From: Bacteroidales bacterium
Lineage (GTDB): Bacteria > Bacteroidota > Bacteroidia > Bacteroidales > WCHB1-69
Assembly: GCA_045598025.1 (NCBI GenBank)
Contig: JAZLLH010000044.1
Coordinates: 1-54,703, forward strand
Length of the DNA stretch: 54,703 bases
Direction of reading: 5' to 3'
Of the stretch, positions 1-7,706 are shown piece after piece; the first letter of the stretch is position 1, and each line of letters begins with the position of its first letter. The position numbers were made by a program, and so were the translations under genes. Below the pieces are notes generated by a model. It was given only the letters and a program-made list of their open reading frames with translations. It ran no database searches and had not been told where the DNA came from.

Positions 1-3000
1 ATCGTGCACTTCAATGGCAATACCGTCAAATTCAGATACTGCGGTGCCAATATTGATGGAAAATTCGTGGATGAATTCTGCAACAACACCTTCCTCTATG
101 AAGAGGGTATAGAGTACAATTATCTGTATCTGGTAGAAATATACGGTCCCGGCGGCGGCAGCGGACGGGTCGATACGGCTCTTTTCACGAACAACCGCTG
201 GCTGACTTACGATGCCGGTACTTTTGACTATGTCTATATTGACATATATGAGTTGAGCGGTAAAAAATGCCTGCTTTTCGCCAACAACGAAATCATATTC
301 CCTGCCGGAATGAACAATGGATACGGGTACATTGAAGACCTCTACGATCCGCTCTATGTCAACAACTCCGTCTACATGCCGACAGGTACCATGTACTGGT
401 CCAACAACTACGGCAAGACATCGATGGTCAACAACCTGGTGTATGCCAATATGGATTTCAACAGCAACAGCTTCGGCTACAGTGATTACAACAACTTCGC
501 CAAGATGAGTGTGAGTGCCTTGCAGAATACTACCCGTCAGGACACCCATTCGGTCAGTATTCTTCCGGCTTTCTCCGATTTGAGAAAAGGCATGAACCTC
601 CTGGACAACAGCGGACTGGAATGTCCTGTTTTCCCGGCGGTGCTGTCCGACATCAACGGTACACAGCGTCAGTCCCTGACGACGATGGGTTGCTACGAAG
701 TTCCGGCCGTGCCGAACAACGCCATGCCCAGAGCTTTTGTGTCTCCGAATAATGTGACCATTACAGGTACAGATATGCCTATTACGGTGCAGCTTTTCAA
801 TGCCGGAAGCAACGCTCTGACCTCCTGCAATATTGATTTGGTTGTCAATGGAGTCGCTTACCCGCAGCATCAGTGGTCCGGCAACCTGGCTTCGAAACAA
901 TCCGTTCCGGTACAGCTCGGCAGTTTTGTGCCTGTAGCCGACGCCAACAACCTGGTGGTTTGGACTTCCAGTCCGAACGGACAGAGCGATGCCGTTCCTG
1001 CCAACGATACCTTGAATTTCGTTGCCATCGGTTGCGATTCCATCCTCAAGGGAGATTACATTGTTACCAATGATGCGGAACTGAAGGCCATCATTACCAG
1101 CCTGCAGACTTGCGGAGTAGAAGCTCCCACGACCATCAAATTGGCCAATGGTCAGTACAGGGCTCTGGATTTGCAAGAAGCCTTCATAAATGTAACTTCG
1201 GTCAATACCGTGACTTTCACCTCTCTGAGCGGAATAGCCGACAGTGTGGTGATTGCAGGAGAAACCAATTTGGGTAATCTGAGTCACGTACGTTTCTCTT
1301 ACCTCACATTTGACTGGAACAACACGGCAACGCATACAATCAACTTTGCGAAATCCTGCAGTGATGTGGAATTCTACGCATGCCGCATTCTGGCCAGTCC
1401 GACTGCATCGGGTACGGGTACGGGCGGCTATTGCGTGTACAATCCCTCTACCTTCTCCACGGACAGCATCCGTTTCATCAAGAATCTCATCGACGGAGGT
1501 TACTATGGACTCTATTGGTATGGTCAAAGCACGGGCAACATGAATACGAACACCGTGATAGACAGTAATACGATTCAGAACCAGTATTACTATGCCATGT
1601 ATGGTTATTACAACGAATATACCAGCGTTTCCCAAAACTCTATTCTGAGCCGTACGGCCAATCAGAATACCTACTGGTACGGTTTGTATTCGTACTATGG
1701 CAATTTGGAAAAGTGCGACGGAAACCGCATCCACGTGCGTACGTCCGCCATCACTTATCCGTATCCTGCCTATATCAATTATGCCGGCCGGTACGGAAGC
1801 ATGTCCATGTCCAATTTCACCAACAATGAAATTCTGACCTACACTACCAGTACCTACTACGGATTGTATACCTACTACAACAACATCAACATCTACCACA
1901 ACACAATCTATGTGGGTGGTACCGGTGCCGGCAGGGGTATCTATGTGTACACTTCGGGTGAAAAAACCGATATCAAGAACAACGTCATTGTAACCATGGG
2001 TTCCGGTTCCTATCCTATCTACATGAACAATACGGGAGCAGCTACCAGTGACTACAACTGCCTCTATTCGCCTTCCTATGCAGGATACGATGGCGGTGCC
2101 ATGGCATTCTCTGCCTGGAAGAATGCCGGTTACGATATTCACGGTTTCTTTGTCAATCCGAGTTTTACCCGTTTGGATTCTGCCGAATATCTGAAGCTGG
2201 ATTCCACCAACAGCGTGTTCGTGCCGGTCATTACCGGAGTGAACGCTGACCGTTTGGACAATCCGCGTTACGGCATAACCTCGCCGGGTGCCTATGCATC
2301 TGCTCCTAAAAGCCTGGATGCTGCCCTGACCGAATTCCCCAACTGGTCTACTTCCGGTGTTATCGGAAAACAGACTCCGGTGACGGTGCGTCTGATGAAC
2401 ATGGGAACCGGAGGAAATCTGACCTCTGCTACCATCGATTGGTACGTGCGCGGTGTCAAACAGACGCCTGTGACATGGACAGGTAATTTGGCACAATATG
2501 CCACAGCCGATGTCTATTTGGGAAGCTATGTGACGATTGCCGAAGCCAACAACGTGTCGGCCCGTGTATCTCATCCCAATAACGCTACCGACTTGGAACA
2601 TTCCAACGACTCTATTTCGACTTTCAACTACGGTTGCGATTCAATGTTGCACGGTTACTACCGTGTGGGTGGACAGAATGCTGACTTCGCCAGCCTGAAC
2701 GATGCCATCACTGCTTTGAACTATTGCGGTGTGGACGGACCTACTACGATGGCCCTGGCCTCCGGTACCTATGCGTCCATGTCGTTCGGAGTACTCAACG
2801 GAGTTTCCTCCAAGAACATGGTGACCTTCACCTCTCAGAGCGGCTATGCCTCTGATGTGGTAATCACTGGAACCAATGCCTTGGTGTTGAATGCAGCTCA
2901 GCATCTTGCCTTTACCAAACTCACCTTGGGTGACGCTTCTACCACTTGCGGTGTGATTTTCAATGGCAACTGCAAGCACGTGGACATTCTCTACTGCAAC

Positions 3001-6000
3001 ATCAATTCCAGTCCGACGACAACTTCTTCCTCCTATTATGCGGTGAAGAAGGCGAGCGGTGCTGTGATGGACAGCATCCGTATTGTGGGCAACCACATCA
3101 ACGGAGGTTACTATGGCGTGTATATTTACGGTGCCAATACGAATGCCGGTGGTTATAACACCAACATCCGTATCGACAGCAACCTTTGCGAGAATGCCTA
3201 CTACTATCCTCACTATTTCTACTACACTGATTTCACTTCGCTGAATGGCAATACTTTCCTGCCCCGTACGTCCGGAACGACCTACTGGTACGGTTATATG
3301 TATTACTGCAACTCTCCGGAAATGATGTACAACCGTTACAACACCACCCGTTGCGCCAGCATGACGTATTTCTACAATTATATGGACTATGTCAACTACT
3401 ATAATTGGGATGGCGGCAGAATGCTGTATGCCAACAACGAAATTATCCACACTTCGAACAGTGGCGGTTACGGTTTGTATTACTATTGCACCAAAGCGGA
3501 TATCATTCACAACAGCATCATGTGTAAATCAGCCACTTATGGTATGTATGCGGATCTGGGTCAGTGTGATATCGTGTTGAAGAACAATAATATTGTGAAC
3601 TTCAATGGTCAGAACGGTCTGTATGCCTACAACTACAGAAACATTGTGGCCGAATCCAACAATATTTATTGTCCTGGTGGCAGCTACATCGGCAATACGA
3701 CCTTTACTACGCAAGCCGACTTGTCCTTGGCCATGGGAGATCCCAACCTGACGGTAATCCGTCCGCGTTATGTGGATTCCACGGTTAATCTGGAACAGGT
3801 AAGCTATACGGGTCTTTCCTGTTTGCGCGACTCGCTGGTTCCGACGGATATCAACAACAGTGAACGTGCCAGAGTCACCGTTCGCGGATGTTATTCCCTG
3901 CCCATCGTGGAAGGAAAGAACATTCAGATGGTGGACATCGTATCTCCGAAGTTGAACACGGTCGTGGCCTGCTATCCTGACTTTTCTACCGCTGAAGTGG
4001 AAATCGCCAATATGGGTACCGATACCTTGGATTTCTCCAAAGACAATCTGATTGTCCACATGGCTTCCGACAGCGCGAATGTGTTCTATACCGATACCAC
4101 GATTACGAGCGGTATCATGTATCCGATGTCAAAGATGAGGGTGAAAATCACCGACTTCTTCCCGACTGCACTGACCGGCTACTACAATATCACGTCCTGG
4201 CTCACCATGAACAGTGATGTTGACAACAGTGACGATACGGCGCATACGGTGTATGAAGTAACCCGTGTGGTGCTTCCGTTTGAAGTTGATTTCACTACGA
4301 TGCCTCAGGAATTTGCCTTCGATTCCCTGCAGGGTAGAGTTCAATGGGAATTGGCAGATGGTTCTGCTACGCAACCCATGATTGCTCCTGCATACGGTGA
4401 CGGCATGCTGCACTTCGCATCCTCCACGGGTAGGGCTTCTCTGTCCCGCATGGTGATCAAACAGGTTGACCTCTTAGGTTCTTCCAAACCGAAATTGAGT
4501 TTCTGGTATGCACATGACAACAGCAATCCTGAAGCCCGCGACTACATGGAAGTTTTGGCTTCTACGGACGGTGGTATGACTTACGAACGTCTGATGACCG
4601 TGTTCCGTTACGATGCCAGCTTCACCACTCCGGGATGGAAGATGTATCAGTACGATTTGTCCAAGTATATCAACGAAACCTGTCTGCACATTGCATTTGA
4701 GGCAGCCAGTTACGGTGGTTCCGACCAGAATGTGGACCGTGTCCAGATTCAGGTGGAACAGGACGTCGATGTGAAGGAAATCCTGGTGACCGATTCTTTG
4801 TCTGCCTGTGATTTGAACAACCGTACGGTGTCTGTGGTCTTAGACAACTCCACCATGTACGATGTGAACTTCGATCGTCCGGACAGCATTCGTCTGCACA
4901 TCGAACTGATGAAACCGGACAGCAGTGTTGCTCGTATTCAGCACACCATGAAGGGACGTCTGTTGGCCAATACCAGCGATACGGTGGTTCTGGCCTCCGG
5001 ATACAACTTCGATCTGCCCGGTACCTATACTTTCCGTACGTATATCGATACGGTTACTCTGACTACGGATGTGACCAACGATACCATGATTCGTCAGATC
5101 AACGTGCTGCCTGACCTGTATGTGTTCGGTATGGATACCATATTGGCAAAGAAGGCAGGAGATTCTGTTGTTCCTACGGTGTATGTCTTCAATAGCGGAA
5201 ATCTGACGGCTCAGGAAGTGAAACTGCGCCTGAAGGTCAATGATGAAAACGACATCGTGGAAGTAAGCAATCAGCCGTTGTATGCAGGAGATACGCTGAA
5301 ATACACCTTCAAGCAGGGCTTCATCGTCCCGGCTGTGGATGCCGATCAGCCGTACTACTTCCTGACGATTGAATCGGAAATGGGTTGCGACATGGATGCC
5401 AGCAACGACCTCTACAGCTATGTAGGAACGGTCAGCCTGGTTGACATGAGCGTGTACAACATTGAAAACCCGAAAGCAGCCGAAAGCGCTTGCGATACCG
5501 GTAACACCAATCTGTACATCAACATCAACCTTTACAACTACGGCGACGTGGTCATCGACTCTGCAACTATCCACGTGAAGGTCGACAGCGCAAATGTCGT
5601 AGTGCGCGATTTCACCGAACAGGTCAAGAACCTGTCTATGGGCAACACCAACTACTCCCTGAAGACTCCGTACCTTGTGCCTAACTTCAATGGCAAGTAC
5701 ACTGTGACGGTCTATGTGGAGAATGTTGCCGGTGAAATGAATTATTCCAACGATACGGCCCGTATCGAAGCCTGCGCCGTCCGCAATGACGTGAGCGTGG
5801 AAGACTTTGATGCCGATGCTTACGCAGTGGGTCAGAACATACCGAACCCGGCTTCCGATGTGACGGTGATTCCGTTCCGGGTGCCTCAGGACGGTGTGGT
5901 TCGTTTGGATGTCCTCAGTGTCAGCGGTCAGGTGCTCTACACCCGCATTCTGGATGCAAGAGCCGGAAACAATGAGTTCGAACTCAGTGTCTCCAATTTG

Positions 6001-6075
6001 TCCGGTGGCATCTATTACTACAGCATGGAATACCAAGGCAAACGTATCGTCAAGAAGATGAACGTAGCCCGGTAG
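1..6075 (+). CDS. Giant T9SS-secreted surface protein, 5'-truncated by the window edge: repeated right-handed beta-helix plus Ig/CARDB-like modules, a MAM/choice-of-anchor-J-like beta-sandwich, further Ig-like domains and a type A T9SS C-terminal sorting domain
   Basis: Open frame from base 1 to TAG at 6073-6075. Asn ladders (NNEI, HNTI, KNNVI) typical of parallel beta-helices. CARDB-like segments ending in ND[T/S]. The segment LSFWY...ASTDGG...W..Y.YDLS..HIAFEA resembles MAM/ChoJ domains. The C-terminus GQNIPNPAS...LSGGIYYYSMEYQGKRIVKKMNVAR fits a T9SS CTD. Confidence 0.85.
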   Translation: MVHFNGNTVKFRYCGANIDGKFVDEFCNNTFLYEEGIEYNYLYLVEIYGPGGGSGRVDTALFTNNRWLTYDAGTFDYVYIDIYELSGKKCLLFANNEIIFPAGMNNGYGYIEDLYDPLYVNNSVYMPTGTMYWSNNYGKTSMVNNLVYANMDFNSNSFGYSDYNNFAKMSVSALQNTTRQDTHSVSILPAFSDLRKGMNLLDNSGLECPVFPAVLSDINGTQRQSLTTMGCYEVPAVPNNAMPRAFVSPNNVTITGTDMPITVQLFNAGSNALTSCNIDLVVNGVAYPQHQWSGNLASKQSVPVQLGSFVPVADANNLVVWTSSPNGQSDAVPANDTLNFVAIGCDSILKGDYIVTNDAELKAIITSLQTCGVEAPTTIKLANGQYRALDLQEAFINVTSVNTVTFTSLSGIADSVVIAGETNLGNLSHVRFSYLTFDWNNTATHTINFAKSCSDVEFYACRILASPTASGTGTGGYCVYNPSTFSTDSIRFIKNLIDGGYYGLYWYGQSTGNMNTNTVIDSNTIQNQYYYAMYGYYNEYTSVSQNSILSRTANQNTYWYGLYSYYGNLEKCDGNRIHVRTSAITYPYPAYINYAGRYGSMSMSNFTNNEILTYTTSTYYGLYTYYNNINIYHNTIYVGGTGAGRGIYVYTSGEKTDIKNNVIVTMGSGSYPIYMNNTGAATSDYNCLYSPSYAGYDGGAMAFSAWKNAGYDIHGFFVNPSFTRLDSAEYLKLDSTNSVFVPVITGVNADRLDNPRYGITSPGAYASAPKSLDAALTEFPNWSTSGVIGKQTPVTVRLMNMGTGGNLTSATIDWYVRGVKQTPVTWTGNLAQYATADVYLGSYVTIAEANNVSARVSHPNNATDLEHSNDSISTFNYGCDSMLHGYYRVGGQNADFASLNDAITALNYCGVDGPTTMALASGTYASMSFGVLNGVSSKNMVTFTSQSGYASDVVITGTNALVLNAAQHLAFTKLTLGDASTTCGVIFNGNCKHVDILYCNINSSPTTTSSSYYAVKKASGAVMDSIRIVGNHINGGYYGVYIYGANTNAGGYNTNIRIDSNLCENAYYYPHYFYYTDFTSLNGNTFLPRTSGTTYWYGYMYYCNSPEMMYNRYNTTRCASMTYFYNYMDYVNYYNWDGGRMLYANNEIIHTSNSGGYGLYYYCTKADIIHNSIMCKSATYGMYADLGQCDIVLKNNNIVNFNGQNGLYAYNYRNIVAESNNIYCPGGSYIGNTTFTTQADLSLAMGDPNLTVIRPRYVDSTVNLEQVSYTGLSCLRDSLVPTDINNSERARVTVRGCYSLPIVEGKNIQMVDIVSPKLNTVVACYPDFSTAEVEIANMGTDTLDFSKDNLIVHMASDSANVFYTDTTITSGIMYPMSKMRVKITDFFPTALTGYYNITSWLTMNSDVDNSDDTAHTVYEVTRVVLPFEVDFTTMPQEFAFDSLQGRVQWELADGSATQPMIAPAYGDGMLHFASSTGRASLSRMVIKQVDLLGSSKPKLSFWYAHDNSNPEARDYMEVLASTDGGMTYERLMTVFRYDASFTTPGWKMYQYDLSKYINETCLHIAFEAASYGGSDQNVDRVQIQVEQDVDVKEILVTDSLSACDLNNRTVSVVLDNSTMYDVNFDRPDSIRLHIELMKPDSSVARIQHTMKGRLLANTSDTVVLASGYNFDLPGTYTFRTYIDTVTLTTDVTNDTMIRQINVLPDLYVFGMDTILAKKAGDSVVPTVYVFNSGNLTAQEVKLRLKVNDENDIVEVSNQPLYAGDTLKYTFKQGFIVPAVDADQPYYFLTIESEMGCDMDASNDLYSYVGTVSLVDMSVYNIENPKAAESACDTGNTNLYININLYNYGDVVIDSATIHVKVDSANVVVRDFTEQVKNLSMGNTNYSLKTPYLVPNFNGKYTVTVYVENVAGEMNYSNDTARIEACAVRNDVSVEDFDADAYAVGQNIPNPASDVTVIPFRVPQDGVVRLDVLSVSGQVLYTRILDARAGNNEFELSVSNLSGGIYYYSMEYQGKRIVKKMNVAR
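715..3915 (+). repeat. Two full ~533-aa protein-level repeat units (about 715-2313 and 2314-3915), each an Ig-like domain plus beta-helix, preceded by a truncated third beta-helix at 1-714
   Basis: GCDSILKG at nt 1030 and GCDSMLHG at nt 2632 (1602 nt apart). The helix-closing motif D..G/N..R.....G[C/A]Y starts at nt 649, 2248 and 3847 (1599-nt period). VTFTS.SG.A..VVI and DSIR...N.I.GGYYG.Y.YG are shared. Confidence 0.8.
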
Positions 6076-6092
6076 TGCTGCAGGTACGTAAG

Positions 6093-6156
6093 GCAGGGGA
6101 GAAGTTCTCCCTTGCGGAAAAAAGGCAGGCTTGTCGTCAGACAGGCCTGCCTTTTT
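6093..6156. terminator. Two tandem stem-loops after the giant gene; the second is a bidirectional Rho-independent terminator
   Basis: GCAGGGGAG-AAGTT-CTCCCTTGC (6093-6115) and AAAAAGGCAGGCTTGTC-GTCA-GACAGGCCTGCCTTTTT (6119-6156), the latter with an A tract on the left and a T tract on the right. Confidence 0.8.
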
Positions 6157-6206
6157 GTATCTTCCGTTTTTTGTTGTGTTTTGGCGGAAGGTATGTGTTT
6201 TTTTTC

Positions 6207-6214
6207 TACCTTTG
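6207..6214 (+). promoter_or_regulatory. Bacteroidota -7 promoter element (TACCTTTG)
   Basis: Matches the TAnnTTTG consensus, 20 nt upstream of the ATG at 6235. Confidence 0.65.
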
Positions 6215-6234
6215 CACCTTTAAAATATGAGTGT

Positions 6235-6930
6235 ATGAAAAAAACGGATTTTATTGTCATTTTGATTGTTATTGCTTTTTTGGCACCTTTCTTCCTGTGT
6301 GATGCCGTATATGAGGGATACCAGGCGTGGAATCATTCCAATGCCATGTCCATGGCATTTCTGAAATTTGCCATTTTGGCTACCTTCGGTGAAATGCTGG
6401 GTCTCCGCATCAAAACCGGACGTTATTGGGTCAAGGGATTCGGTATCGTTCCGAGGATGGTGATATGGGGACTGCTCGGTATGTGGATTGCTGCAGCCAT
6501 GGGCATTTTCCGGATTGGAGTACCGGCTTTTCTGGACGGTTTCACCGTATTTGACGGTATCAAAGAGGCTATGAGCGGAGGTTTTTCCGGGATGAAACTT
6601 TTGGGGGCTTTCTGCATCAGTCTGATGATGAATACGAGTTTTGCTCCGGTATTTATGACCATGCACAAGATTACAGATACCCACATAGCCAGACACGAAG
6701 GCCGTTTTTCCAGTCTGCTCCGCCTGATTCCGGTAGGAGAAATTCTTCCCGGTCTGAATTGGGATGTGCAATGGAATTTTGTTTTCAAAAAAACCTTGCC
6801 CTTTTTCTGGATTCCGGCACATACCATCACTTTCCTGCTTCCTCCGGACGCTCAGGTGTTGTTCGCGGCCATATGCAGTGTTGTCTTGGGCCTTTTCCTG
6901 TCTGTCGCTGCGGTGAAATCCAAAAAATAA
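6235..6930 (+). CDS. Mpv17/PMP22-family-like integral membrane protein
   Basis: Several hydrophobic helices and the motif FWIPAHTITFLLP, resembling the W.P....F...P signature. Start moved to ATG 6235 (MKKTDF), downstream of the promoter. Confidence 0.65.
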   Translation: MKKTDFIVILIVIAFLAPFFLCDAVYEGYQAWNHSNAMSMAFLKFAILATFGEMLGLRIKTGRYWVKGFGIVPRMVIWGLLGMWIAAAMGIFRIGVPAFLDGFTVFDGIKEAMSGGFSGMKLLGAFCISLMMNTSFAPVFMTMHKITDTHIARHEGRFSSLLRLIPVGEILPGLNWDVQWNFVFKKTLPFFWIPAHTITFLLPPDAQVLFAAICSVVLGLFLSVAAVKSKK

Positions 6931-6958
6931 GAACTTTTATCCTGTCGTTATATCAAAG

Positions 6959-7702
6959 ATGAAAATACCCAGAAACAAACGCTATTCCTATGTCATCGAG
7001 CCCAAGGACGTCGATTTGATGGGAAGAGCCACCATGGTTTCCATTTTCGATTATATGATGCGAACGGCCCATCTGGATGCTCAGCGTCACAAATTGGGTG
7101 TGTATCAGATTCGCAAACAAAATCTGGCATGGGTCATTTCCAGAGCGGTCGTAGAACAGAATTCGGTACTCCGGACTACCGATCCTTTTCAGGTGGTCAC
7201 CTGGGTGAGTGAATGCAACCGTTTAGCCTGTGTACGTAATTTTCTGTTGCTGGATATGAACGGAAAGGAAATAGGGCACGCCGTTACCCAGTGGTGCATC
7301 ATCGATTTCAATACCCGTCAGGCCGTCAACCTCCTGGAACTTCCTCGGATCGTACGCCACCTGCATCCTGAGTATCCGACCTGCGGTCTGCATCCAAAAA
7401 AACTGCATCCGCTGAAGGAATACACCCAAAGCAGCCGTCATGAAGTGGTATACAGCGATTTGGACTTCAACGGTCATGTCAACAGTTTGAAATATCTGCA
7501 GTGGATGTTGGACCAGGTTCCCATCGAATGGGCTTCCAACCGTCAGTTGTGGCATTTTGATGTCAATTACATTCATGAGATTCATCAGGACGAAAAACCG
7601 GTTATCCATTCGTATTTGGGAGAAGATACCACTTCTTTCGAAATATGCAATGAAGATTCCAGTGCAGCCTGTCGGGCCACTATGCTGTGGCGTGCATTTT
7701 AA
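6959..7702 (+). CDS. Acyl-ACP thioesterase (FatA-type, double hotdog fold)
   Basis: LAWVISR, R.F.L.D..G..IG.A.T.W..ID..TR, and catalytic YSDLDFNGHVNSLKY. Confidence 0.9.
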   Translation: MKIPRNKRYSYVIEPKDVDLMGRATMVSIFDYMMRTAHLDAQRHKLGVYQIRKQNLAWVISRAVVEQNSVLRTTDPFQVVTWVSECNRLACVRNFLLLDMNGKEIGHAVTQWCIIDFNTRQAVNLLELPRIVRHLHPEYPTCGLHPKKLHPLKEYTQSSRHEVVYSDLDFNGHVNSLKYLQWMLDQVPIEWASNRQLWHFDVNYIHEIHQDEKPVIHSYLGEDTTSFEICNEDSSAACRATMLWRAF

Positions 7703-7706
7703 GCGT

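Noticed and set aside
3443-3451. Perfect DnaA box TTATCCACA
   Set aside because: It is a single copy inside a CDS with no cluster or unwinding element, as expected by chance.
1-3915. AAC/TAC-rich coding sequence suggesting a diversity-generating retroelement target or template
   Set aside because: There is no reverse transcriptase and no near-identical TR/VR pair differing only at adenines. The repeats are diverged protein modules and Asn ladders explain the AAC content.
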